The notes beneath the pieces are model-generated. The model saw only the letters and a list, made by a program, of their open reading frames with translations. It was not told the origin of the DNA and searched no databases. The translations under genes were made by a program, and so were the position numbers. 64,000 nt of DNA from Torpedo marmorata (taxonomy: Eukaryota). The stretch is from positions 16,306,001-16,370,000 of the forward strand of contig OZ360247.1 in assembly GCA_977017645.1 (NCBI GenBank). The letters run 5' to 3'. Position 1 is the first letter of the stretch. Each line of letters opens with the position of its first letter. Shown here piece by piece: positions 27,117-40,679 of this stretch.

Positions 27117-27228
27117 CGGTTATGTATTTCTACCTTTGCTACATAAAAGACACTGTTTGACCTGCTGAGCTTCTCCAGCATTTGTGTTTTTACTTCAACC
27201 ACGGTGTCTACTGATTTTCGTGATTTAC
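27117..27228 (+). mobile_element. Penelope terminal-repeat mini-insertion
   Basis: Matches the 3' end of the 19902-20982 element. 12-bp TSD GTCTGTTACATT (27105-27116 and 27229-27240). A related fragment lies at ~17826-17930 (minus). Confidence 0.8.
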
Positions 27229-28518
27229 GTCTGTTACATTGGCCTCATTCAGTAATTATTTGAGGAAAACACGGCACCGTAGCATAATGAACCGTGTATT
27301 TATTTTCCTTTTACATCCTTCGCATTTATTTTTAAATGTACGAAAGTTTAGAGCCTGTCGAGATTTAAGATATTCTATTTAATATAATCCTCATTTCAAA
27401 TTGAACACGGTGCAATTTACGTCGGAGCATACAAGGATATATAACGATATGAGGAAAGGTTTTGATAAGAAGAGGTTGTAGAATTAAATATCCTCATTTT
27501 AATTCTAACGACGCATTTCGATACATTTAATTCTGAGGGGAAGTGGTAAATTATTTATCAATTGTAAAATTATACTTGTTTGTGAGATTAAATCGTTTGC
27601 GTGAACCCCAGGGTAGAATCCATGTTGGAGATACGAACACATATAGAAGATTTGCTGTCTTATCTGTCACCGAAATGACTTGCATTATCTTCAAAATGGC
27701 CTTAAAATGAGCGGGTTTCCGTAATCTGATTAAACACTGAGAAAGGGGAAAGCATTTTCTGGTCTTCTTCCATGTGGTAAGAATGAAAGGTTTAAAGAAA
27801 TTGCTAACTGTCTATCTATAAGAGGCTTACTGTTTATTTATTTATTAATCTGAGTTGTCAGTGCAACGCAAATTTTCTTGAACTAAATCTTCACCAGTAT
27901 TTGAAAAATATTGGTGAAGATTTAGTTCAAGAAAATCTCACCATCTCACTCCTCCATGCTATAATTTTCCAAATTTAATTTTGAATCGCTGGAGAAGCGT
28001 TTCTCTTCCATCGGTATTTGAGTGGGTGCCGTACTTTTTACACCCATTCTAAGCGCATGAAATTTGTGCAATTAAATAAAGTTGCCTGAGGCTCAAGGCA
28101 GAAGCCCGCATGCCAGCGGATAGTTCAATCGTTAAACGTTAATAATTTGTGAAAAGAAATGTTAACTTAAAAAGGAGATACCATAAAGAGAAAAAATGAG
28201 AAAACGGCAACGTTTCTAGATGTTGACCAATGGAAAGAGACGGTAAACAAAGAAATCTGCAGATGCTGGCGTATAGTGCAGTTACAAAAAGGTGTTAGAG
28301 AAACTCAGAAAATCACGCAGCAAACGCCAGTCGCCGGTTCAGGCCTGAGCCCGTTTTCAGGAGCAAATATATATATGATATAGATTTCAGAAGACAGAAT
28401 GGATTAATACATTGCTGGGACATTCAAAAAAACTTAGGTTTTTTTTCGGATTAAGAAGTAGGAAATAAGGTTCTGCAGGAATTCATGTTCGGGCAGTTGT
28501 ATTTCAACATAGAAACAT

Positions 28519-28706
28519 AAAAGGTAAAAAAAGGTAAAGGTTCCATTATTATCACGTAATACTACATTTAGAATGTAACATACATGAAATTCTTTAATTT
28601 TTTTCTACCGTAAGGCAGACAGAGGGTCGCTATTTTGTCCAGCGCCCCTCACAGAAACCTACAGCACCTGGTGTTCCTTGGCGGTCTCCCCTCCAAGTAC
28701 TGACCA
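28519..28706 (-). mobile_element. 5S rRNA-derived SINE, 5'-truncated copy
   Basis: Reverse complement matches 44126-44304 (3' half of 5S plus body and ACCTTT tail). Inserted in a CR1 3' tail. Confidence 0.8.
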
Positions 28707-29262
28707 GAAAATAGATGTAGGAGTAGGCCATTTGGCCCTTCAAGCCTACACCGCCATTCGTTTTGATCATGGCTGATCATCCACTCAATACTCAGTACCA
28801 GCTCTCTCTCCATACCCCCTGATCCCCTTAGTCACAAGTGCCAAATCTAACTCCCTCTTAAATATAGCTAAGGAACCGGCCTCAACTACTTCCTGAGGCA
28901 GAGAATTCCACAAATTCACCACCCTCTAAGGGAATTTTTTTTTCTCATCTCAGTCCTAAAAGACTTCCCCTTTATCCTTAAACTATGACCCCTGGTTCTA
29001 GACTTCCCCAACATCGGGAGCAACCTTCCTGCATCTAGCCTGTCCAATCCCTTAAGAATTTTGTACGTTTCTATTAGATCTCCTCTTAATCTTCTAAATT
29101 CCAGCGAGAATAAGTCTAGTCGATCCAGCCTCTCTTCATATGCAAGTCCCGCCATCCCTGGTATCAATCTAGTAAACCTTTTCTGCACTCTCTCTATGGC
29201 AATGATGTCTTTCCTCAGATAAGGAGACCAAAACTGAACACAATACTCCAGGTGAGGTCTCA
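28707..29262 (-). mobile_element. CR1 (HER1-like) LINE 3' fragment
   Basis: ORF RPHLEYCVQFWSPYLRKDIIAIERVQKRFTRLIPGM...RRLRGDLIETYKIL...RTRGHSLRI plus a CR1 3' UTR. Confidence 0.9.
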
Positions 29263-29523
29263 CATGAAATGGATTTTGACAGAGTTTGGTGGGGCAGCAC
29301 TCTCAGATAACGCAATACTCTGGGAGGTGATCTACAAGCATCTACAGGAGGCGGCGTCTTAAGAGAGCAGCCTTTGTCCTCCAGGCCCCTCACCACCCAG
29401 GCCATGCCCTCTTCACACTGCTACCATCAGGAAGGAGGTACAGGATCCTGAAGACGAACACCCAGCGGTTCAAAAACGGCTTCTTCCCCTCGGCCATCAG
29501 ATTTCTGAATGGACAATGAACCA

Positions 29524-29640
29524 CACAGAAACCTACAGCACCTGGTGTTCCTAGGCGGTCTCCCCTCCAAGTACTGACCAGTCCTGTGCCTGCTTAGCTT
29601 CCGAGATCAGACAATCCCAGTCGTATTCAGGCTATTGGTG
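29524..29640 (-). mobile_element. 5S rRNA-derived SINE head (3'-truncated), abutting a Rex-Babar fragment (~29270-29523, +)
   Basis: Reverse complement reads CACCAATAGCCTGAATACGACTGGGATTGTCTGATCTCGGAAGCTAAGCAGG...GTGCTGTAGGTTT, which is 5S-like. Confidence 0.8.
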
Positions 29641-32600
29641 CAACAATGTGCACGTTTGCACCAGTATGCAGGGCAAAAAATATTAGGTTCTCACAGCCTA
29701 GAAATGAACAAATATTAAAATATAAGAAAGCAAATATCATGCAGTTCACTTTTGTTGGAAGAATATGCAATGAAGTAATCCTTGGAGACGACACGAGGTA
29801 AACTAACGAAGAGGTGTGGAAATATAAATACAGACATCACTTTATCTCTCCTTCCAACGGGGAGAAGACTGAACAGTCTGAAAGCACACACCAACACAGT
29901 TTCTTTCCCGCAGCCACCAGGCTCCTGAATAAACCTCACAGCATGTTGCCTTAACTTGGTGCTAATTGATATTCCTTTTCATTGTACAGCAATCCTATAC
30001 TCTAAATTTTGCAAGGCTGCATGTAATTCTAGAGATAATCTGTCACAGAAGAACCCTTCTCACTCTACTAGGTATTTTGTGACAAATAAACGTAATATTA
30101 AGAAGCAAATCATGGTGATATCGTCAAGAAAATTGTCGATAAATGTCCCATACTGCAAAGGAACACTAAACCTAAGAAAAATGTATAAAAAGCGAGAGTT
30201 GTTCCAGTCTGTTTAATCATACATATCAAATTGTCTGAGAGTTGAGGTAGAACCCTATATTCCAGCGCATACGTTTATCCTGGAATGTCACCAAACACAT
30301 CATTACAGTAGTTGAGCTGTAAAGGAAAATGGTAAGATGGGTCTATCTGCCCACCTCTACTTCACCACACCCTCTCAATTTCCGATCCACATCTCCTTCG
30401 ATTATCCTACAACCCAAAATTTAATGATCCCTCCGGAATGCCAGAAGTACCTGAAAAGTGGAGAAAGGATTTTCAAAGATGTTTTCCAGACATCCAAATG
30501 AAACAGATGAAAAAGAGCGCGACAGCATTTTCTAAATTAGGGAACAGGGGACCAGATGGAAGGCATAATTATAAAGTTCTCATTTGATTGGAGAAATATT
30601 CAAATAAATATAGGACAGTCATTAAACAAATGAAGCATGTAGTATGAGGATGTTTTGGGGATGGTGGGGAGAATATAAAAATCTATGTGGAACGTATAAG
30701 CAGATATTACTCATGCAGTTGACAGAAGCCGAGTAAGGTGGTAAAAGGAATGTCAGAAATGTATGTAGAGTTGATGGAAAAGCGAATTTCGTCGAGAGGA
30801 GCCCCATGTCAATTCGAAAATCTTCACAGACAATTTGTTCCAATGGTTTGTTTCCACGCTGAAAATTGCCAATTCAAGGATTACAGTTTCAAATTGATAA
30901 GTCAACCGATTTTAAAGTTACAGTTTGCCAGCGCTCATACATTTAAATTGGAAGCAAGACAAGGGGAATACAAATCAGGAAATCCTGATTACTTCCAACT
31001 CGCATTAATCAAAAGTAGTGGTTGTATAATAATGCTAACTTGAATTGGGTTGGGCGTTTAAAACTATCCGAACTCCATCACACTGTAGAAAACAGACTCC
31101 CATCTTATATGTAAGATGTCGGTATCATATACTGGCATTCGGTGTGATCACTGTTTCCTTGACAAACCAATACAACATCTGGGGGCAGGTTCCAGAATAG
31201 CTAATTCACCAAAATGGGAGATAACCCCCGGTTGGCATTTTCTTCTTTTATTTCTTATAAATAAATGATGGAACTGAGTTTTATATTTTCAATGATATTT
31301 TGTGTTCTTGGTGGATACATATAAAATTTCCACCTGTTGATTGTGAGCAGTTGTTAGAGGAAATTGTGCCTTTTGTCCATTTGGATGAAAGACAGAGGCA
31401 ACGATCCGTGTACGGTACATAAAATTTCTTGTGGACTTTAAGGTTAAACATTTACGGAAGTGTTGCATCTTAGCCACATTTTTTTGCATTCAAATCTTTA
31501 TTATGCTCGATTTCACCATAAAAGCAGCGTATAATGGGCACATCGAGTGATAGAAACAGACCATGAAGGGGAATGTAATATTATCTCCCACACCAACTCA
31601 TTGGGGATCACGAAGCGAAGTAATTCTGGCTCACACATCACTGTCGGTGTATATTTAAAGCGAATAGTTGCATAGTTATTAAATTTAGCCTTAGAACTAT
31701 TGTCTACTCTATTTTGTTGAGTAATATTAATTAAAAACGTGGTGAACGTCTCATGGATCCTACGAGCTAACCTGGTAAGGTTCATTGTTTTGAAACGCAA
31801 AATAATGTAAACACAGTGGAGAAAGTGATGGCAATTTTGTGAATAATCTTCAATAAGTTACCAGGGTTTTGCAATGAAAATATGAAGTTTGGGAATTGAA
31901 AATCCGCACAAATATTTGAAATAATTAAATAATCCAAATCTCAAAGTTTGGGATGCCGTGCTTGATAAATGGAGTATGTTAAAGTGAATTGCATTATTAT
32001 ATGCGTTCCTCTCAAAATAATTTTCTGAACTGCAACTTATAATTGCAGAAGTATTCAATTTATCATTTTCTAGTCTAAATTAAGAGTTGTTGGCATAAAC
32101 GTACATAAAGTTCAGTTTGTAAACAACCAAATCGTCAGAAAATCGATAACTGCAAACATTGTGAAACACCTCGGGTTGGAGACACCTACAAGAGGCGTGT
32201 AATCTGATTAAAAAGTGCAATTGAGTTCTTTGCGTGAGAGACACTGAAAGAAAGATTGGTCTCACGAATCAAGCCTGGTACAACTGAACAGATTTCTGAT
32301 TGCTACTGGGGTTGGCAGACACAATATGGGAATTGGAGCTGAATTTATCCTTGATTATTTCCCACTTGTTTTCGAGATCGAATTCCAAAACTCACGCTAA
32401 AGCACTTCCGTTTTGCCCTAAGTATGCACCAACTAGCTTCGGCAATTTGGAGAGCAAGTCAAAGGACCTGTGCCCAAACATTAATGTGGGAACGATTGTA
32501 TTAGTAGTCCTGGCAACCATTTACCTCCATTATAATTCGCGGCTTACACGAGAACGAAATGTGCACTCAGTCATAACACTCTTCAAACTTCACCTCAAAC

Positions 32601-33077
32601 AATTGACAGTTCAATATATTTTCTTCTGCTTCATCGCTGAAGATTCAGCATGACAACGAATGTGGTTGGTAGTTGATTCCATCTGAGGGTCGGCGCGTTT
32701 GCGACACTAATTATATTACAATCATCAAACAATTTGGAAAGATGGCCCGAGGTAGAAACGGGCCAACTAATGCTCTTTCCCACAACGAAATGATGTAGGT
32801 TTGATCAAAGTACTTGTATTCTAATCCTGAATCCGTCATAAACAGTGCACAGCAGCATGTAAGAAATACATGGAACGTTTGTTCTCAACATAAACACATC
32901 ATCCACCTAGTTTGTGCCGAACCCTTTGTTGAGCATGTAGCCAGTGTGCACCCAACCTATACAGATCAGGTACCTTGCTTGCACCTAGCATGTATTTCAC
33001 ATGAACAGCAACGCAAGAACGCATGCAGTAGTCATGACCTAATATGTAGGAAGTATTTTCATAATCTGCACCGAACG

Positions 33078-33423
33078 CAGGCCCGGATTAACCATTAAGC
33101 AAAATAAGCACGTGCTTAGGGCACCAAGGGAAGGGGGCAACACAGAGTTTTTTTACAGTGCCGGATTTACCATGGTGCAGCTGAACTAGGGCTCCACAAA
33201 AAGGGGGCCCCCACAATAAATGAAAAAATATATACCTGTATATACAGGTTATATTTAATATAGTTGTGGGGTCTGGCCTGGAAGAAAACTGAATTTTTAA
33301 TCTATTATTTCACATTCAGCACTTATTGAGTCTTAATGTCTTGTCAGTTAGACAATGGAAGGGTCGAGGGGGAACCATTGTTGGCCTGTGCTTTGGGCAT
33401 GAGATGGCCTTAATCCGGCCCTG
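33078..33423. mobile_element. hAT-type MITE (346 bp)
   Basis: 14-bp TIRs CAGGCCCGGATTAA / TTAATCCGGCCCTG (1 mismatch) and a perfect 8-bp TSD ACCGAACG (33070-33077 and 33424-33431). Confidence 0.9.
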
Positions 33424-36400
33424 ACCGAACGTGTATATGGTTATGACTGCCGCGTGAATCTGGCCGATGCATTCAATGCTTGTTCTAACCACGTCTTCAA
33501 CCTCTGGTTCCAATTCTACCCAGCATTGACGTGCTAAGTATCAAATATGTTTTTATTTTTAACTTAGTTTGCACACCCGGCACGTAGTAAGCGTGTATCG
33601 ATTTATCTGCTTTCCTGCATTGATATGCAATGTTACATTCCCAATCTCTGCCCCCTTCTTTGCATCAATCGGTACTTACTTTTCTCGACATAATCACACT
33701 TCGGTTACATAGGACGAGAAGCTCCACGAAAATGAAAGGCCAAAGGTCAACCTTGAAAAAGATGATGAAAATGGAAGCTTTATTACATATTGTGCAGAAC
33801 AAGAGTTCCCTGCGCCCCTCCCCCAGTTAAACACAACGAACTCATTGATTTATTGTTGTATTTTAAATAAAAGTTTGTTGAAGGACGAGGCCAAATTAAA
33901 AGTCACATGTTCACGTCGTTTTGTGGCCTACTGTTGATTTGCTCCCAGAATTCTGGGGAAGGGGCTGGGGTAATGGTGGGGTGGGGGGTTGAGGAGTGGC
34001 CCTAATGACAGAACCAGTCTATCTTATCCTCATCTGATCCGTGGAGTCTGTTAATCCAAAAATGCACCACACCGAAGTTTAACCATTTAAAGTTTAACAT
34101 TAAAGATAACAAAATATATAATTACATTCATCATGCTATTTCTTGTTATTTCTCCATGAGATCGATTTTGGTGGCTGGAATTTTGATTATTGCACTTACA
34201 AACTCGTTTATTGACGGTGCCTTTTCCACGTTAGTGAGCGTGGGTCGGTGAAATTATTTTTGAAAACTACACTTTGCAAATACTAATTGTGATAAAAGTT
34301 GAAAACGCATTTACTCAGAATTCCGTAAACCTGTTACTTAATCCGCCTCGTCGTGACTTCCTCGTCCGTGACATCTCTCCTTTGTGTTCTTTCTTTCTTA
34401 CTCTCCCCCTCGCTTACTTCCAGTTTCCAACCATTTCCTGGCGTGCACACGCTTTCATCTTTCCATTCTCAACCCCCTGCCCTACTCCATTACCTCTCTG
34501 CCTCTTTACCCTCGCTGCCCGAGACATTTTCAAACGATTGCAGGATATTTCAAATTGAAAATTCAAATAATGTTTAGTGAAAACATACATTTCTCTTCAT
34601 ATGTGCTGCTCATTGTTCTGTTCCTCTTTTGCCTCCTTCTCTCCACTGCTTATCTCCCCCACTCTGCCTACCCTCTCTTTCGCCCTGTCCCTCTCTCAGA
34701 AAACTCAGATGCTTTAAGTGCCCCGCCATCTTTTATTCTTCTGGTTTCCAATAAAGCATTGCCTTTGAACTTCCGTCAGGTCAAGGTCACCTTTGACCCC
34801 GGGGTCAGGACAAACACATTCCACTGACAGAAGAAACTTGTGAAATTCGCTGAGCAAATGGATCAGATTCACGATCTCCCCCCGCCTCCCAACAGCCTTG
34901 GGATTTTTAAAAAAGGGCATCACCGGAGTACAAATTTGGCGCCGGTTATTTTATTCTCTTTGGCAGAATGAATTGTTGAGTAACTGACCACGTGGGCAAC
35001 AGATAATACACTTTCAGTTACGCCAATAATACGCAACAGCCGTTGCTATGGCTACATATATTTATCTGAATTTTATTAACATGTTAACACTCATTTTCAA
35101 ATAAGCCTCCCTTGGCATAAATCCGCCGGGCTAAACGAGGCGGAAAGTACACTCAGCAACGATCTCCCATAAACACAACAGACTCCCAAATAAAGGCAGG
35201 GTTCCTTCCCAAAGCTAAACAGTAACGGCGGCCAATCTGCATAATACGCAGGATGGCGCAATCAACGTAATAGCAGTAATATTATGCAGAGTGTTATAAA
35301 ATCTACAGGAACTGCGCGAAGGAGCGTCCATAGATTCTACCGCCCTTTGTGACTCGGGGCTTGAAGGAATGAAATGTTGGATACCTGAAGTACAACGACC
35401 CAAAGAGTCTGCGACTCTCTCTGACAGGTGAGTGCCTCTATGTCTCTGGTGGGCCGTGATTATTTGTGTCAGTAGAGGAATCCTTGAATATTTTTGCATA
35501 TCAGAGAAGCTGTTATTAAACTGAACCGGGCAGAGTTTTGCATTCAGTGTAAATAGAACAGGTCCCTCCGATACTTCAGACTCCCGGTGTATTTTTCAGG
35601 TTGTGATCGCTTCATTGGAGTTGAAGCAATGTTAATTATAGCGCAATGTTGTGTTCCTTGGCCGTCTCCGCTGACCTTTCTGTTTTACCTTGATATCGTC
35701 AAAATAGTGAGTCTGGTAATTGAGCAGAATTGCACTGTCTCTTCGGCTTCCGACTCACTGGATATCTCAATGACCTAAAAGCAACCCTTACTGTAAAGCA
35801 TTTAATTTCTTTTGAGGAAATCAACACGACATAAATAATGCATTAAGTACAAACACAACAGCGTTCAAATATCATGTTCTTGTTGGAGGGATCGGGTAGC
35901 GCCTGAACGAAGTAGACCTGTGCTCGTTATTTTAAAGTTTTCCTCTCAACTCACTGTACTCAGGTTTCCTGAGAGAGGGTTGGCGGCCTGCTTCTTATTG
36001 TTTTGTGTTTATAAATGGAACCCCACTCCAAACTACGTTGTTGACTCCTTCAGAAACTTTCTGTGGATTCTCGTTTGTTCCTGATCTCTTGGGGCTGGGC
36101 AATGCTCAAATTCCCTATCTTTGTTTTGAAATATAATTCGGTGAGTTTTCAATGTTTTAATTAAGTTTTAATAGTTTGTTGTGTGATTTAAGGGCTGTAG
36201 CGGTGGATTGGGGGATGGAGGGGCGGGTTGATGCACTGTTCTGATGCTGTAAAATGTGTAAAGAATTTTGATGACTGCAAATTCCCGTCCAGATAAATGT
36301 CAAATTAATCCCTCCAATTATCACTCGCTTCAGTCATCTTTTTTTTTGTTTATTTCCCTTTTGTTTGTTTCCGTGCAAAGAGGACAAACCTCGTCTTAAT

Positions 36401-39400
36401 CTCAATGCTTTTACCAATTCCAACTCAATTTGTCTTTTGAAATAATGAGGCATTTCATGTCTAGTTACGAACGTTGTTTATTTTGTAGTTCAACCTTCAT
36501 GATAAACTATTTCATATACTTTATGCAAGGAAAATTGTGCAGATTTTAGTATAAACCATTTCTTCAGCGAAGAATCTTTACTCTGTTGATTACCAACTCA
36601 AACAACTGGAAGGCTCGTTTTGAGAGCTGTAGATGATAATTAGTAAAACAGTAAAGAAAAGGAAATCGTTTTAATGCACAAAGGTCTTTCAAAGTATCAT
36701 GTATTTTCCGACCTGTAACTCAAAGCTACATGCGTAGATTTCAAAGCTACCAACATCAATCTCTGTTTCCTTTGGGAAGTTCTGGCAACAGCCGAAAAGT
36801 CCGCAGAAAATCAGATGTTAAAAAATAACTCGTTTGCTAATCTGAAATATATCAAAATCAGAATCAGAATTAGAATCAGAATTTATTGTCATGAACAAGT
36901 CACGAAATTCGGTGTTTTGGGAAAGGGGCCATCTCTTCAAACAGAGACATTTTATTAATCCATGGCGCGTTAACATCAGCAAACACAGGAAGGACAATGT
37001 AAAGATTTGTGTTTTTATTAGATAAAAGCACATGCTAGCGTCGACTTTCAGCAACTTTATTTGTGAAAACCAATTGTGAATTAGAAGAAGCAGTTATGAT
37101 TTAAATCGCTGAATAACTTAGATATTTTACACCAAAAAGCCTAACATGAAATTAAGCAATATTATAATCTAAATTCTGCAAACGGAATGACAAAAGAATT
37201 AACATCAATAAAATCAGTACAAATCCATTTGTGGAGCAACAGTGCCGTCGAGTGGCCAACGTATGTGTTACAGCGGTGGAATATATTTTCCGGTTAGCCC
37301 ATTTCCTGCTGAGAGAAGAAATCGTTTCAAAAATGAGGTACAAATATCTCAGTTTTGAAACCCCTATATTACGAACCATTAATGAGTAACTAATGTTAGA
37401 TTCTATGAACAAATAGATATTTCGCATGTATCAAGCAATAGTAATTTATGTTTGACCGTAAAATAATAAATATTTCGCATGGGTTGATGACCAACTCAAA
37501 CAACTGAGTTGATTTTATTCCACCTTTGCAAGATTGATCCGAAACTGGTTTAAATATCAACCGTGATTAATGTTGCACATATTGATAAAATTGTATTTGG
37601 TAAATTGTTTTTTGAAATCAATTGAAGGATATTGGAGATATCCTCTCTGAATAATTTCCGCGACAAAACTGTGGAAAATCACACAAAAATCTCAATATCC
37701 TAAAAGCGACGCTTACTGTAAAACAATTATTTTCTTTTGGGGAAATCAACACGGGCACAAGTAATGCATTAAGTAGAAGCACAACAGTGTTCAAATATTC
37801 TTTAGAAATCCAAGTACAGTATATCATGTTGTTGTTTATAAAGTTGAGCACGATTTCTGCCTTGTATCCACACTAAGCGGCAAGTATTTATTTTCACCGG
37901 TTGCTAACTCGGAACGAGCGTGCGCAATTTTAGGAGGAAAATACAAAATATTTATTTGCAAACAATTCATATGGGAAGAGCAGAAAAGCAGAACATAAGA
38001 ATGGAATCGGATGAATGAAATTATTTTTTTATATTTTATTCTGTCTGTAGGATCTTAGTCGTAGTTTTTATCGAGATAAATAGTGCAGTTGATGACGACT
38101 TAATATTGGGTTTCATATGTCTAATTATGGAGGTTCTGAACCACCTGCTTAACAGACGTCCGTGCTGTGTTTGTTAAATCCAAGTTATCAAACTGTTAAT
38201 ACAGGCATGTGAGAAAATCGATTTGCATGGAATATTATTGTAAATCTATTTTTAAACTTCGAATGGAATGCCAAATTCTAACTTTCCAATGAAAAAAAAA
38301 TTAAGATCATAATTTTAAATTGTTGGCCTGCTGATTTTAATATTATCTCTAATATCATTAAATTAGGTAATAAAATGTTCATCAGTTGATATATAAATGT
38401 CCCGAATAAATACTGTAATTATTCTTCCAATTTACAAAGATTTGTATTTTCGTGAAATGGCAATGTTATTTGTTCAGAAATCGAATTGAAGGATGTTCAG
38501 AATCGAATTGCAAATGGAATGTTTAGAAATGAGAAGGGAAGCCAACTCTTATTTTTACAATTAGCAAAGGATTAAAATTGGATTTTGCGGATGAATATCA
38601 AAGTGAGATAGAAGTCCGTAAGGCAGACAAAACCCAAAACATCCAATAAGAGAGGAAAAGCACCTCACAGCTGTAATTCCTTTGCTCTTAAAAAAAAAAT
38701 TAATTGCCTTTTGGTGATTTGTTGATATTGCACCTGGAAATGAGAAAGTTAAGTTGACATGGACATGGATAGATAGGTGGACATAGACAGATGGATGGAT
38801 GTAAATGGTTGGAGAAACGAACGCGGATATATCAGCAGCCAGCCGAACAGCCGCTAAGAACGACATTTACCGGAGAAACATAACAACTGCGGATCTGGAA
38901 TCTGGAACCTTGATGTTGACCCAACCCGAAATGCTGACTCTTTCTATGCATGGATGCTGCCTGGCCCTCTAACATACGACCCCCTAACCCCCCACTTCAC
39001 TTTCTTCGCTGACAGACGAACTTCACTCATGTTGGGCTGGTGAGGGGGTGTGGGGGAGGTGTGCAATTTTTCTGCAACTTTTCCAAAAAGCAAGAGAAAA
39101 TGATGGTAAATTAAAATAAAACTGACAATGTGTTATCCTTCCGGGCTAAATACGCAAACTCACAGCAAGATTACCTCTTGGAATACCCTCGGCCCAATTG
39201 CATCCCAGGCACGAACTGAGAAGATAAAGAAAGAGAACACTGGACAACTCCCCCACCCCCTCCGAACACTCGCAGATGGATTTATTTGAACCAATAATGT
39301 CAGAAACCTTGACATTATGGAGATTCCGAAATCTGTGCTCTTTGCGCATAGTTGACTGCAAATGGGTTACTTTAAAGGATTGCATCCGTGTCTGGTAAAT

Positions 39401-40026
39401 TACAAGCTACTTGAAATATTTGGATGTTTTCTTTCACTCATATTTCTTGCAGTGGAGGTTATTTCGTAAATAATTATCATTTAAAAATTCGGTTGCAGTA
39501 CGCATTGGAACATTTATTATTAATTGAAGGGAATAGCGTTAAAACCGAGAGACGCTTGTGAGAATATTACTGTCGCCGCTATCACCCGTCGCCTCTGATT
39601 AAACTCGGACGTGATTTAGCCTATTTTATGAATTTTAACTTCCTAGAAGTGAATATAGAAAGTTACGAAAGAAACGCAGCTTTGTTCTAATTCCGGGTGA
39701 CCTTCCAACTGATATGGAGTAAGAAAAATGACCACCTTCACCTTGAGGGAATTAAATGGACGCAGGCTGATTTGACGTTCGGTTAGAATACATTTTCGTG
39801 TTTCACTTAGAATACACTACTGACGAGTCAGAGATCAGAAAAGATTTGGAAGAATGGAATAGCAGGGAAACGGTGTTGATGCACGGCTTTTATTTTATTA
39901 GCTTGTGCTTCGTTTTGATGGACGGGAGTAGGCCTGCGAACAACAATTAGCTCTGCAAGGAAGCGATGGCCGAGAGAAGAGAAAGGGTTGCGTCACCTTC
40001 AACTTGGAGAACGAGGCGAACAGACA

Positions 40027-40652
40027 NNNNNNNNNNNNNNNNNNNNNNNNNNNNNNNNNNNNNNNNNNNNNNNNNNNNNNNNNNNNNNNNNNNNNNNNNN
40101 NNNNNNNNNNNNNNNNNNNNNNNNNNNNNNNNNNNNNNNNNNNNNNNNNNNNNNNNNNNNNNNNNNNNNNNNNNNNNNNNNNNNNNNNNNNNNNNNNNNN
40201 NNNNNNNNNNNNNNNNNNNNNNNNNNNNNNNNNNNNNNNNNNNNNNNNNNNNNNNNNNNNNNNNNNNNNNNNNNNNNNNNNNNNNNNNNNNNNNNNNNNN
40301 NNNNNNNNNNNNNNNNNNNNNNNNNNNNNNNNNNNNNNNNNNNNNNNNNNNNNNNNNNNNNNNNNNNNNNNNNNNNNNNNNNNNNNNNNNNNNNNNNNNN
40401 NNNNNNNNNNNNNNNNNNNNNNNNNNNNNNNNNNNNNNNNNNNNNNNNNNNNNNNNNNNNNNNNNNNNNNNNNNNNNNNNNNNNNNNNNNNNNNNNNNNN
40501 NNNNNNNNNNNNNNNNNNNNNNNNNNNNNNNNNNNNNNNNNNNNNNNNNNNNNNNNNNNNNNNNNNNNNNNNNNNNNNNNNNNNNNNNNNNNNNNNNNNN
40601 NNNNNNNNNNNNNNNNNNNNNNNNNNNNNNNNNNNNNNNNNNNNNNNNNNNN
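40027..40652. other. Assembly gap, probably an unresolved tandem repeat
   Basis: Run of N flanked on both sides by AGGC(G/A)AACAGACA. Confidence 0.95.
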
Positions 40653-40679
40653 AGGCAAACAGACAGACACAAACACACA

